The notes below the pieces were generated by a model. It did no database searches and was not told the DNA's origin. It saw nothing but the letters and a program-made list of their open reading frames with translations. From NCBI GenBank assembly GCA_905178155.1, contig CAJINV010000002.1, positions 5,265,709 through 5,329,708 of the forward strand: DNA of 64,000 nt, written 5' to 3'. The translations under genes were made by a program, and so were the position numbers. Shown piece after piece: positions 1-12,612 of this stretch; positions within the stretch are counted from its first letter, which is position 1, and the number at the start of each line of letters is the position of its first letter. This stretch comes from Amoebophrya sp. A120. Lineage: Eukaryota > Protista > Dinoflagellata.

Positions 1-1710
1 AAGAGGACGAGGAGACCGTTCTCCTCGCCTCCAATATGGAAGTGTCAGAATCGAAATCGACAAAGTTGAAATAACTTGTAATGCATAAAATGGATGAAAG
101 TTGTGGCCCAGTTTGTAACTGGCGCATGACAAATTTGGGTAGAACCGAAACCAAGTTTGTCATGCTGTTTGGGTAAGGAAGACGCCTTTTGTCATGCTAC
201 TTTAGCAGCTCAGTTTCTACCCCTCAACAGGCTTACTATCTGCCTCACTTGCCTACGCTGCAAGACAGGCACTTCGAGGGCTGCACTTTATGCATGGCAA
301 ACTATTTCAACTTTGACGATTTCAAACCTGACACTCCCATATCCAAGTGGCGAGACCTGCCGAAAAAGCTAGCCTCCAAGCGTTTTCTCGGGCGAGCTCC
401 TGAGGGCGAGCAAGACGACGCAGGATCATACGGCCAGGAGGAGAATGAATCCGGCACGCGGCGATCCTTACTTGGCCAACTGTTTCTGAACTTCGCAACC
501 GGAAAACCGTATCGAATGTGACAAAAGTAGTGTCTTTCTATTCCCGCTCTTTGCTAGTATCCACACCTTGTTGTCCGCTCGTTTTTTGCATATTGGACGG
601 TAATAAATCTACTTCGTGCAGCAAGAATATAATGGTCAATGTGCTATTAATGTGCATGATGAAGACGTGCGTCGTATTAAAAATAGTCTCGTTATTCATC
701 ACGATCGTACTCCTGTGCCTTTTCTCCTTGAGCGGAGTAAGAAAAGAAAGTGAGCAGGGCAACTGCAAGAATGAGCATTTTGTCACCCAGGATATGCGAG
801 AAAATTCCACGAGCACGACGTCGACGTCCACTTCTTCGCATGCGACGGATCGCCATCGGGGACCACAGAAGGGCAGGAAGCAGCACCAGCGCCAACAGCA
901 GAGCTCGACTAGTGCCACCACGTGCACTAGTTCCTCTGACCGCGGCGATACGGGCAGCAGCAGCAAGACCACGCTGGTGTCCGTGTCCAACTCTACGCCT
1001 CCTTCGACCGAGCGAAGCCCGCGGAGTAGCGGAACGACGGCGAGTCTCAAGTTATCTTTCGTGTGCATAACTGGTGATGTCGTTGCAGTCATCTCTTGCT
1101 CATCAATGTAGACAAAATAAACAGCTGTTGAAGAAGTAGATTTTTTGCACTGGATCCTTGGCGGACAGAAAAAACCTACAACTTGTTGGATTTCTATAAG
1201 ACCACACCAGCGCGGTGTATAAATGAAAAAAGAGAAAATAAAGGTTTCTCATATATCTTTCTCACGTATAACCTCTTTGTCATACGGCAATTTCGACCGA
1301 GGTGTCCTTCCGACATCACCATGCTTTTTGCACCCCATAACAACACCCGCTCGACAGCGGCAATGATATGTGGAGCCTCCTGTCCCCACGCCCTTGCACT
1401 TCCTCCCGCTCGCTCTCCAAGCACGGCGAGGATGAGGTTCTTTTTTGGCATGGTGACCCGCTGCACGTCAATTCTTCCGACTCGACGGGGCCGCGTGGCG
1501 GTGTTATCTGGTCGCGGGCGCTATACGGGGTGGCCAAAACGCTCCTCGTCGCCGCTTTGCTCCTGGGTGGGTGCCTCTTGGTCTGGAAAGTCGCGAACAA
1601 ATGGGCTCAGGTTCGATTTGGATCAACTATTTGGGTTTCCTATGAATGTAGATTTACCCATATTACCCTTACCCGCCGAATGTTTTGCTTGTAGGTTACT
1701 TTAAAGACTT
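1..1710 (+). CDS. Fragmented multi-exon coding region, hypothetical protein (may be the 5' part of the gene ending at 4199)
   Basis: ORFs 189..521 and 518..1111 join in frame across the 510-794 element; hydrophobic TM-like segment in ORF 1368..1694; exon boundaries not fully resolved. Confidence 0.4.
510..794. mobile_element. Degenerate TIR introner
   Basis: TATCGAATGTGACAAAAG ... CATTTTGTCACCCAGGATA imperfect TIR; DR lost (AACCG/TGCGA) but removing 290 nt joins ORFs 189 and 518 in frame. Confidence 0.4.
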
Positions 1711-1910
1711 ACAAACAATCCTTTTGGGACTATGGTGGAGACGGAAGTGAATATCCGCTAAAACGACAACTAAGCACATTGTTGGTCATTCGTTCCTTTT
1801 CCCGCCCTCGTCCTCGTTTCAAATCAATGTATCGAATACAACAAAGTTGAAGAAATAAAACCATATTACAGACCTCCCCCTCGTCGTCCGGGCAGCAGCA
1901 GCACAAGAGC

Positions 1911-4199
1911 GTGACGACGACCGAACATCCTTTTTTCCCCTTCGCGTCTTCGAATTGGTTTCCCCCGTCCTGGTCTCGGACGAGCGAAATGAAGGGCGAA
2001 GAAAAAGACCAGGACAAACTCGACCTCCATCGCGCCGAAGACCAAGAGCTGCACCTCGAGGACGACGACGATCAGATGAACCAGCAGGACAAGAATTATG
2101 CGAAGAAACAAAATGACGACTTCCTGGCACCATCTGACGAGGAGGAGACGATCAAATTTCCGCCCGGGGCGCCGGTGGTGCCGCCGAATGATGTACTAGT
2201 GCGGGAAAAAAGTACTAGTGCTGGAAAAAATGCGGATGACAATGAACACGACCAGGTCGATCAAGACAAGCAAACTCAAATTCCAAACGAGGAAGGGAGC
2301 GCTGTTGACACCAGAGAAGGTGTTGACTACGCTCCTCCGCCCCGCAAGAAGGACGAGAACATGGACGAGGACCAACAGCGTGGTCCTCGTGAGCATGTTG
2401 CTCCACTGTGGCCGTTTCCGGCGGAACAGGAGCTGGGGCCGGCGGTTTCGGATTTTGTGCGTTTCGGAGAGCGGCAAGAGGACGGCTCGGTCCCCGACCG
2501 GTTTGCAGATAGAGGGGCCCCTGCTGCGCTAGTTCCTTCGGGAGACGGCGCGGAACAAGATGAAACACCCCCGCAACAACAAACCGAACGTCCGCGCGGT
2601 GAAGACGAGGCGACAAGAACCGCAACACAGCCAGAAGAGCGGCAATTTCCGGCGCCTCCCGCGGATCGCGGTGATCAGGCTGGTTGGCCTGCGCCTCCGG
2701 CAACAGAGTTGTCCTGGTTGAAGGACGACGAGGCCGCCCAGGGCGGCGCGGCTTCGAAAAATCCGCACGAAAGGGCTGGTGGAGGTCGAGTGTTTTCTCC
2801 TTCTGCTTTATCTTCGGAACAAGAAGGCGAGGAGCAGCGCTCCCCGGCTGGGTCTCGTGCTGGTCTGCCGCCGGACTGGTGGACGGGTTCGGGCGTTGCG
2901 AAAACCGTATCTGGCACTGCGCCGCCGTCGTGGTGGAATGATGCGTCGCCCCCGCCGTGGTTCAGTGCGAATGGTCGTGTTCTTACACCCCCGGCGCCGG
3001 CGGGTGGTGCAGCAGCAGCTCCGTGGTGGAACAACGACGCGGCTGCACCGCCGCCGTGGTGGAACGATGCGTCGCCTCCGCCCGGCTGGAACGCGGAAAG
3101 TGGTGCGCCGCCGCCCCCGTGGTGGAACAAAGGTCCTCCGTCGCCCGAAGAATTCCGGCAGTGGCGAGAAGAATCTGCTTCTCGTTCATCTTCTGCCACG
3201 ATGAAAGAAGCGCCGTCGCTGGTGTTTCCGGACGAGGGGGAAAATTCGCAGCCCGGAGGTCGCGATGTGTCGGATCTGACGCGAGACGAGCATGATCCCG
3301 CTGGCGGAGATCATCACGATGACGGTGCAGAAGCAGCAGGACAACTAGCGCCGTCGTGGACGAACAACGAACCGGCGGAGCAAGATGAAACTAAATTGGG
3401 GTCGCAAGATGTTGTTGAGCCTCCTCGTGAAGATGTTGTGCCTAGCAAAGCTGGTGGCCTTCCAGACCAGGAGGCGGTGGAAGGACCCCAGGTGGAGGAG
3501 CTGCAACAACCCGTGCGGCCGTGGCGGCCGGAGGACATTGAAAGCGACGAGGCACGGCAAACGCAAGATGGAGGCGGAGAAGAACTCGGCGAAGCCCTGC
3601 GGCCCCCGCCGGCGGACGAGGCGGGAGCAGCTGCTCAGGAGGACGAGGCTGGGGACGAGCAGCGAGAGCCGGGGCATCTCCAGCCACCGGTTCTTGAGGA
3701 GAACCTTAGCAAGCCGCCCACTGATGGTAGTGCCCCGGGTGACAGTGACGAAGGTCCTGCCCCTTCGGGGGCTCCGCCGGCAGAACAAGAAGACGGGATG
3801 AACACGGGGAGTGGAGGGCAAGAAGGTATCGCAAGAAAAAATCGTTTACAGTTACACATTGTGTTGCAGGCCAAGCAAGACGGACAAGTTCTGTCATGCC
3901 GGATATGCATAGGAGCCTCGTTTCATAGGTGTTTCCCCGTAGGATTTCTGCAGTGCAAGTTTTCTCTCTCATGCAGAGAAATTTGTGTTGCTGAATTTAC
4001 TACAAGTGTGTAACTGTAACACTTTTTTCGTGGGATAGAAGGAGGCGATGCGCTAGTACAACCGCCGGAGCAACCTTTCTTGGGCGAGGGAGAGCCACCC
4101 CCTTCCACAACGGAAGCGGAACAACAGCAAGATGGGGGCAAAGGCGGCGATGGCCCCGCAGTTCCCGAGCTTCCAGAGGGAGCCTGGCCACGGGATTGA
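1911..4199 (+). CDS. Acidic Pro-rich low-complexity protein with PPPWWN repeats; one introner intron
   Basis: 700-aa ORF; removing 3827-4042 (216 nt) continues the frame GQE-GGDALVQPPEQ... to TGA at 4197-4199. Confidence 0.75.
3827..4037. mobile_element. Introner family C
   Basis: TIR TATCGCAAGAAAAAA..TTACAGTTACAC / GTGTAACTGTAA..TTTTTTCGTGGGATA; perfect DR GAAGG; near-identical to 45347-45547; can be read as a GT-AG intron 3826-4041. Confidence 0.92.
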
Positions 4200-5647
4200 G
4201 AGCAGTTCTTCGCGAACCAAAAGCAAGTGGTTCATGATTGGGGCAGACTTACCGTCGCCGTACCAGCAAAGCACTTGCTGGGAAGAGTTTCATCTCTTGG
4301 AGGAAGCTGGTTCTTGCGTATGAGACTGATTCCTGTTTCCTCCCCGACGTTTCTCATTTTGTCCGCGGTTTTTTAAACGGTTTTTAATACGTTCTCACCT
4401 GTTGAAGTTTGATCATTTTTCGAGCCCGCACAGTCTTGCTTCGCAACAAATTAAGGTCCCAACTTGTTTTCAACGCAGATTTTTCCGCCAAATTTTTGTT
4501 CGTATTTGACTTTCACTTTGTGACGCAATCACAGACAACTCTTTTCTCGTCTGAAATTTATTATAGAGAGCAGGTTTTAGGTACTTCTCTTTCCCCATAA
4601 TTTACGATGTCCTGTTAATTTTTTTTTTTATTTGTCAGCTTTCCGTTCTCCAGCCCCAGCTGAAAAAAAATGAAGTTTTGGCATTCTTCTTGCTGTCGTT
4701 ACTCAAAATGGTATCAATTTCGCAGAACTAGAACTAGAACAGATACACCAGTAAAAAGTACTCACTATGTTGGAGTGCAGAAGTTGGAGTAAGCCCAAGC
4801 AGCTCCAGTTTCTTTTTTCGCTTTACCGTTTATGACCACCCCGAGCGGATTGTCGCTACGTGTCTGAACTTGCAAGAAATGCTTGTTGCAGCGATGCGGT
4901 TCAGGAAGGTTTTTCCAGTCTGCCCTCGCAGCTTCAGCTTGAATTTTCTGGAACCTGCACAAAAATCGGTGGATTCCAGAGGGAGACTGCGTACTTATTA
5001 TGTGCTCGGTCCGTTCCTTCTCGTGCATGATCCGTAGAAACGTATGGTTGTACGTTATCGGTTCACGACCGTGCAAAGCGCGACTGACTGGACAGAACCT
5101 CGGTTTTTTATGTTGTTACAGGTGAAATAACCATAACGTAGTTTCGTATTCGTTCGACGTAATAAAAAGAGTCCGTAGCACAACAACCCGGTGCACGGCA
5201 AGAACCGATCGGTCATCTTATCCCGTGACCGTGGTTAAAGAGCCTGCAGCTCCACGTGGCGTCGACATTACCAGCTGCTTTTATCGGTGATGACTGTGAC
5301 ACCCGTGTTTCTACTTTCTCGGTAAGCTTTCCTTCGTATTTCCTTGCCTGGACCGAAGAGTTTCATCGCAAGCTGAAACCGCCCCACGAAGTCGAAGTGC
5401 AAGTGCAACCAGTACGCTTTGACGTGAAGATGCAGCATATTGCGATCATTGCCTTCATCGATGCCAATGAACAACTACACAGACCCATGCAGATGACGTG
5501 CCCTAAGGTGCGGCCATCACTAAATTGAAATTGCTAAAAGAACGACCACGGAAAAATCTTTTGACCAAAACAATGAAACCCTAACCCAAACCACGACTTT
5601 TATGAAATCTCAATCTTTTGCTCCATCTCCGCTTTTACGCTATATAA

Positions 5648-7312
5648 GTGCTTTTCCCGCCCTTTGTTGACTGCAAGCTGCTGTGGCCAACTGCTGGAGT
5701 TCGGCGTGTACTTAACTGTTCCTCGCGCACCAGCAGCAACGCAGCGCAAGAAACAAAAAAAGAAATGCGCAGGACCCCCGCGGCCATGATCTTCAAACAG
5801 GCGACCGTGAAGATGTGGTCAGCAGCACTCTACAACTCCGTCGTGGGCGGCTACATCAACTTTGGCTGCGTGATTTTTTCCCAACAGAACCTCCTGACAG
5901 CACACGCACTCTCGGTTCCGTCGGTGACGCGGACGACCAGCAAGTTTGACGACGACCACGAACAACCCGGAGCTGCAGCAGGAGGTGGTGCTGGACTAAT
6001 TCAGCCTGCTCCCGTTGTTCACGAAGAACATCATGCTCAACTACACGACGAAGCAGAGTTTGCGGACGAGGTCGAGGAGTCGGAGGAACATCTCCAGAAC
6101 GCTGGGACGAGGAGTGCTGTTGATCTGCCGGAGAACAAGAACATGATCCGTACAACAACTTCCACTATGCGAGGACGACCGTCGTCCTTTCTCCGACGCG
6201 CAAGGGCTTCTTCGACTGCAACGTGGTCCACGTCGTCCCAGGCTGCATCATCTTCCAGTTTCCTTACCCGGAACAAGCAGCTTCGTGGGGCTCGTGCTCG
6301 TCGAGGACAAAACATGGAAACAACCACGACGAACAAAGCCGAAGCTTCTGTCCCAAGCTTCGAGGAGGAATTTTCGCCCGAAGCAGATTTTACGGACGAG
6401 GAACGAGTTGATTTGCTGGAAACAACGAACAAGAACATCAACCCGCACGAAGATGCAGTTGCGTGGGTCGTGGTGCATGGCGACACCACAACTGCCACCT
6501 CCAAGAGGACGAAGGCCGAAGATCACTTTGCCGTCGTGGAGGATCATCCTCGACCGCGGTCTTTCGTTTCGACGGAAAGGAAGATGAACAAGACACGGCA
6601 ACATGATGTTGGTGAACAAGAGCGCCGGAAGGGGGCAACAAGTGCTGCTGTGCTGGTCGAAGAACGAAGACATCAACACAAGCAACTGCCTGACGAGGAG
6701 TTCCATTTCGATGACGAGTTCGCGGACGAAGCCGATTTCGAAGAAACGGGGGCCCTCGACGTCAAGATGAGTACTGGGAGCAGTGCTTCTACTTCTCCTT
6801 CTCCTTCTTCTAGCCGCGGCCGGCCAGCTTCTTTCGGCAAGAAGAAGAAGCTCAAGGCGCGGCGGGACAAAAATCTTTTTCGCGGTCAAGATTCGCATTC
6901 GGCAAACGAGAAAATCAAAATGTTGATCGCCGGTTTGGGCACGACTGGTCGTGCGGTCAACGAGACCCTCACGACCAATCACACGGAAAGTAGCGGAGCT
7001 CCTGCCGGCGAAGTTGATGTGGTTTCCTCGTCTTTTTTGACTCTGGCACACAAGAAGATGAAACAAACCTCGGAAGTGGTGCTGCTCTACGTCCTTTACT
7101 TGCTATCACAGATGACATCAAACTCATGTATTCTATTTTGTTCAGACCGAGCTTTTTATTGGCTTGCTTGGGCAAGGGGACTCGACTCGTGCGTGAGAGT
7201 GAAGGGGGAACAAGATGATGCGCACATCAGCGCTCAGGCACGATTGGATTTTGATTTGCATATATACCATTTTGGGATCGCGCCTACTTACCAGAAAAAA
7301 AAAGTGCGATAG
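5648..7312 (+). CDS. Hypothetical low-complexity, possibly secreted protein (repeated SSFL-type motifs)
   Basis: 554-aa ORF; hydrophobic segment near likely ATG at about 5787; 3' end probably spliced. Confidence 0.55.
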   Translation: MLFPPFVDCKLLWPTAGVRRVLNCSSRTSSNAAQETKKEMRRTPAAMIFKQATVKMWSAALYNSVVGGYINFGCVIFSQQNLLTAHALSVPSVTRTTSKFDDDHEQPGAAAGGGAGLIQPAPVVHEEHHAQLHDEAEFADEVEESEEHLQNAGTRSAVDLPENKNMIRTTTSTMRGRPSSFLRRARASSTATWSTSSQAASSSSFLTRNKQLRGARARRGQNMETTTTNKAEASVPSFEEEFSPEADFTDEERVDLLETTNKNINPHEDAVAWVVVHGDTTTATSKRTKAEDHFAVVEDHPRPRSFVSTERKMNKTRQHDVGEQERRKGATSAAVLVEERRHQHKQLPDEEFHFDDEFADEADFEETGALDVKMSTGSSASTSPSPSSSRGRPASFGKKKKLKARRDKNLFRGQDSHSANEKIKMLIAGLGTTGRAVNETLTTNHTESSGAPAGEVDVVSSSFLTLAHKKMKQTSEVVLLYVLYLLSQMTSNSCILFCSDRAFYWLAWARGLDSCVRVKGEQDDAHISAQARLDFDLHIYHFGIAPTYQKKKVR

Positions 7313-7792
7313 AAGCCACTCTTTCTCGATAATTCACCCAGCAGCATGCAAGACCGCGGTAAGTAGTATGTCTGTTAACGACACGTACACGACCTCCATG
7401 CAGGAGAGAGGGTGATGTACTGCTTTGAAAATAAAAGGAAACGTAGAATGCAGCGCTTGTCCCGCATTGTTCACTCCCACCATTCTGCAAGATGCACTTA
7501 GGTCGATGGTTTAGGATTTTGAATTTGAAGCTGCAAGCCATCCACCCCGAAGTCATCTTTCAGACTCAGAGATGAACGCTTCGTTCTGGTGGTGCAACTG
7601 CTCATGGGACCACATGCGTACTCCTCATCGGAAATGCGTCTATGCTTGTGGTGGTGCACGTGATGATCGTTATAGACGACTAGTATAAGTAAAGTAGATA
7701 GAAGAAAAAAAGTATATCTATCAGCATGCTTTATCGACGTATGTATCAGATTCAGGAAATTGAAATAAGGTTGTCATCTGTGATACCAGCAA

Positions 7793-9398
7793 GTGCGCGA
7801 CAATCTGACTTACCTCCGGCAGTGGGCGGCATTTTTCCGCAAAATCTCGGGGCTGAACATTGGGCGCATGGTGATGACGTCGGCCGCGGAGGGCGTTACA
7901 GCAACCACTGCTGCGACTGGACAAGTGACTTCACTTCCGCAGCTTGGTCCTGCTCACGTCGTGGCACCAGGCTTTTCTTTCGGCGACCTGGTAACGCTTC
8001 GTACCTTCGAGGAGCATCATCTACTTCCGAAGGTGAATGCAAGTAGTACTGAACAACCACTAGACTCACCAACACCCTCCTGCTCGGTCACCCAGTCGAA
8101 AACGTCGCTCGAGAACCAGAGCTTGCTGGGGGGACGCCTGTACTATCCAATGCAAATATGTCTGGGTCTGGAAAGAATGGAATTTGTGATGCAAATTTTG
8201 GATTCTACAAAAATTTCAATTTGTATTGCGTCAGAACCAAGAGTAGTACAGTTTTTGCTACGCGGAGGGGGCATTTGTCATGCGGTATAGGCATCAGGAA
8301 GCCATTACAAGATCTGTGATGCTAGGGCATACATCACAGGCATCACGCGCCATGCAAAACATGCGTGACAAATATCGCAATCTCCCAGACCCAGACGTAT
8401 TTGCATTTGATATGTACCGCGTTGTGGCGATCTTCAACATGATTCTGGACACTGCGCGCAACCAGCATCTTTCTCTCCGTCTGCTGCCCATTCGGACGGT
8501 TGGCGACTTCGCCAAAGAAGGAGATTGGAGTGAAGAACCGATTCGGGTGCCCGCGTGGAAGGTCCGGAAGGTTTTTTCCGAAGCTCTGCCACCGAAGCAG
8601 ACAATGTTGACGCACAACATCGACATCGACATCCCGTCTGGGAAAGGTTTTTTCGAACGGCTACTACCACCGAAGCACGACGACGGGACAATGACGCACA
8701 ACTTCTACTACCCGTCTGGTAGTCCTCGTGGTGTCCGCATTTTCATCGCGAACAAAGGGATTTTCCAGGTCTTTCCGAAGGTGAGTGATCCTGCGGGGGC
8801 CACGACGGGAAAAAAAGGCACTTCCTTCCTTGTGCGGCACGACGACCAGTTTCTGGCGAAGTTGGACAACGTTTTTCTCCCGAACCTGAAGAAGCACATC
8901 GAAGCCGCGCTGACGCAGATTTTCGCACGAGAGGCGAAGGAGTTCATCGCGGAGCGGGAAAAATCCCTGCAGGCCGGCTTTCTGAGCAAGCGGTTTTTCC
9001 TCAAGTCCCGGCTGCGCAGGTTGCCGAAAACGATGGAAAAACGCGCGAGGGAGGCCGTGACGAAGTTCGGCCATTTGTTCGACACGGCAGTGCGTGTCAT
9101 GCTGCGGCCGGCCCTCGGGCGGGCCGCGGAGGTGGCGGCGGATTTATCTTTTTCGGCTCAAAATGATGATGATGCCGCAACGACGGAAGCTCTGAAAGCG
9201 CACGAAGTTCTTCTGTTCCCGATCCAAAACGACCAGATTTTCCTACCGCCGGGCTTCGACGGTCTTCTTGGCACCAACACCCGTGGCCGGTTGCACCAGA
9301 ACACGGAAGGAACTACAATTGTTCCCTCCAAGGATGAAGATGCGCTGCTGGACGCTTTCTCCGAACAAATTGCGGAGTTTTATCTCGTGGAAAAATAA
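7793..9398 (+). CDS. Hypothetical protein, one introner intron
   Basis: ORFs 7793 and 8280 join in frame (LLGGRLY-RVVAIF) after removing 274 nt. Confidence 0.75.
8144..8412. mobile_element. Introner family A
   Basis: TIR TATCCAATGCAAATATGTCTGGGTCTGG / CCAGACCCAGACGTATTTGCATTTGATA; perfect DR TGTAC; frame restored. Confidence 0.93.
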
Positions 9399-9570
9399 CT
9401 ACGTCCCCACCCTATACGTAGTCAGGTAAGGAACTCTTACTCTGCGACACGATTTCTCAAGCACGACAACTTTTTCTCTGTATTTTTGTAGTGCAGGTAT
9501 ACTAGTAGCATTACTAATAGCAAAAGGACCGGAAGCCAGTTCCTTATCATGTTCTCAGCATTACAAATTA

Positions 9571-11358
9571 TTGCAAAGCACCACTGCCAATGCCCCCTCA
9601 AATGGAAGTGCGCATGACAAGTCTTTCGGTAACAATCGCAAACCTGCACCACAACAACTCGGGTATGGGACGACGTTTTTTGCTCGGGATAGGTTTGTGG
9701 CGAGTCGGCTTGAGGCGGTGTCGGCGGGGTTGAAAACGCGAGCGCTCGAAGAAGCGAAAAAGGAGCACTCGGTGTTTGATGTTCCAAAAGCTGTGTGGCG
9801 CGAAGGGACGCGCTTTGATCCGGAAAAAGCTTTGTTTGGCGAAGCCTCCTCCTTGCTTGATGTGGTCACCATGTTGCCGTGGCAGCTCCCGCTGGTGAAA
9901 AAACAGAAACAAGCGGGGGACCTTCAGCAGGGCCACGGGAAGCTCGTTGACAAGAAAAGCAGTTCATCCAAGACGACGGAGCAGGCGGCAAACCCTGACT
10001 TTCTTTCCATTGTGACAGACGTGATGGTGTCGGGTCTGCGGGAGCATGCGGCGGAGTACAAAAAGCACTACGAGAACGCAGCGGGAGAGAAGAACGTGCA
10101 GGTGCGCATGGTGTTCCAAGCGCTCTCCTTCCTGTTCGGGTTCGACCCCTCGGTGGTGCTGGATGCGAAATGCGAAAATCCTGACCAGCAGGAGGCCGAT
10201 GAAGCGGAGTCATCCAATGGTCGTGGCCCTGCTGCCGTTTCCGCCATGCAACTTCTTGCCGAACAAGATTCAACATCTCCTTCCGCTGCTTTCACGTCCC
10301 TGGAAGACGTCGTCGAGGTCAAGGGACCTGGTGCAGCTGCTGTCGAGCCGGAAGTTCCAGATAATAAAGCTGCTGAACAAAAAGCGCAAGAATATCATCA
10401 AGCTGGCGACGGCCAGAAGGGCACGAACAACACCGAACAAGCCGATGCTGGTCCCTCCACGAACAAAACCGAACAAGCCGATGCTGGTCCCTCCACGAAC
10501 AAAACCGAACAAGTATTGAGATGCAAAATCCCCCCTCCCCATATCAAACCGAAGTTTCTGATGCTGGATTTGCGTACACAAATGAGGTCTGTTTTGCAGT
10601 AGAAGATTGCAGGCAGATTCTCAGCCTGTTGGGAACCGTAAAGGTCTAGCTTTTTAGCATGGGAGACTCCTGCACTGCAGGCCAGATCGCATGACAAATT
10701 TCCTCCATAATGCGGCGCATCCCTCGGCATTTGCCTTCTAGCATGACAAAGATGATTTGTGACCACAAATGTGCATCACAAATTTTCAGAAGTACGCATT
10801 TTCAATATGGGGAGGGGGGATTTTTCCTCACAATAACAAGACGGCCCTCCACAACTACCAGAACAAAAAGAAGACAACGTCGCGCCGGCTTCTGGTTGGG
10901 AGACAGCGAAGTCGGTGGTGAAAAAAACCTACCATGGAGTGAAGACCGTTGTGCTAGCGCCCTTTCGGCTGCTCAAGTACTTGTGGACCATGCTGTGCAA
11001 GGGGGTCACGCTCGGCCTCGCGCTGGGCATGGACTTCGTGTTTGGAATGGTTCACTCGGAGGCAGTCGCGACAGTTTCGCAAACAGTGGACCCGAAGAGG
11101 AGAATTGCGATGCTGCACGACCAAAAACTGCAGTACGACGCCAGCAACACAGATCATCGCCCTTTTTTCAACGCGATGTGGGAGTTCTGGTATGGGGAAC
11201 CACAGCTGGTGGAAGAGGTGGTTGAGATCGAAGTCGAGGACGACGAAGAGGACGACGATGCCACAAAGGGGGCGGAGGTGGGAACAAATTTGACGAGCCA
11301 AGTCCAAAACAGGACTGGCGAGGGGGTGCACGAGAGCGGCGTTCTTCTATCTATGTGA
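9571..11358 (+). CDS. Hypothetical protein, one introner intron
   Basis: ORFs 9571 and 10915 join in frame (KTEQ-DGPPQLPEQ...) after removing 327 nt. Confidence 0.7.
10423..10513 (+). repeat. Coding 36-bp tandem repeat (TEQADAGPSTNK, about 2.5 copies)
   Basis: ACCGAACAAGCCGATGCTGGTCCCTCCACGAACAAA at 10432 and 10468, partial copy at 10504. Confidence 0.9.
10514..10835. mobile_element. Introner family B
   Basis: TIR ..AAAATCCCCCCTCCCCATAT / ATATGGGGAGGGGGGATTTT..CAATA; perfect DR ACAAG; frame restored. Confidence 0.93.
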
Positions 11359-12612
11359 ACGTTGAAATTGGAATTGCGGATGCCATCATGGTTTATTTCA
11401 AGAGAAGGGGGCTGTCCGCGAGGTGGTGGAGGGGTTTTGTGATGAAACATGTACTCGGGTCTTGAAAACTTTCAACTTTGACATAACATCAATTTACTAT
11501 CGCATTTTTTGTCATGGACAAGATCAATACAATGTCATACTCGTTACTCTTCATCGAGCTACTTTCTTCAAAAAATTACTGACGCAGACTTTTAGGTTTA
11601 TTATCCAGTTCCTACTCACTATTCCCGTTCTTAGAGGAATTTTAATTTCGTTTTCGAAATGAAAATAGCATGACATCGAATTCTTGCATCTTCAGGAGAA
11701 GTAAGTATTTCTCTATCCGATCGAGGTAATGGCCTACTTATCACAATCTATTCGAAGACGAAATATGGATTGCATGCAATCCTATTTCACACAAAAATTA
11801 GAGTTCCATGAGTCTTTCTAATTCTACACGTAGTTGATCTGCGATTTCCTCCGGAGTCGGAAATCCAGGAAGATCGCTTACTTTTAGTTGACAACACATC
11901 GCATTCGCATACATGATTTTCGAGTAAGTTTATCATGTTGAGCTTGAAATGATAAAATCAAATTGCTGCAGGTTGGCGTACAATTGAAATTCCTCGCGGC
12001 ATCCACTTTCAGGCGTTGGAGCAGCATCCATTTTCAGGTCGGGAAAAGGTGAAACGGTGATGTGTTCGTTTGTGGATCTGTGAGTTGCGGGCAGCTTTAC
12101 GACACACATATGTGGTAGTGTCATCCACGATCGATTGCATACTTATCGATCCCGCTGCCAGCGCTTGTGCTGTAGTACGGAGGTTCCTTTATTGTGACGT
12201 AGTTTACCCGTTCTTCTTGCCGTAAGGGTTTGCTGCTCTGAAGACGCCCCCGGATTGATGAAGATGTCAACATCAACATTGTACCCGGCAAGAACTACCG
12301 CTCCTGTAGAGGGTTCTCAAAGAATTGATTCGTGTTGACTACATCCAGCTCCTGGAGATCAGTCTCAACAAAAAATTCAGGGGGAGAACCTGAGCTCTGA
12401 TCGAACAAACAGGATCAACTCTCAGACCCCTGGCACTGTTGCATAGTCGTCGTGTTTTCGATCATCCTTGTGTAAAGCAAGAAGTAATTGCTTGACGTGA
12501 TGATCAGGTTCTTGAATAAGCAAATGTAGTCGAAGTAAAATTGTTCTTGTTGAAGCACCAGAAATAAAAAAAAAGCAGATCCTAAATAAATTCAGGTTCA
12601 TACGTACACACC

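Noticed and set aside
36-200. Possible further introner-like or intron segments at 36-200, about 1050-1270 and about 49640-50200
   Set aside because: GCATGACA-type motifs or a TAT start are present, but I could not define matching TIR/DR ends with confidence
2196-7066. Many minus-strand ORFs here and throughout the window
   Set aside because: They are antisense shadows of GC-rich or low-complexity + strand exons with no recognisable domains
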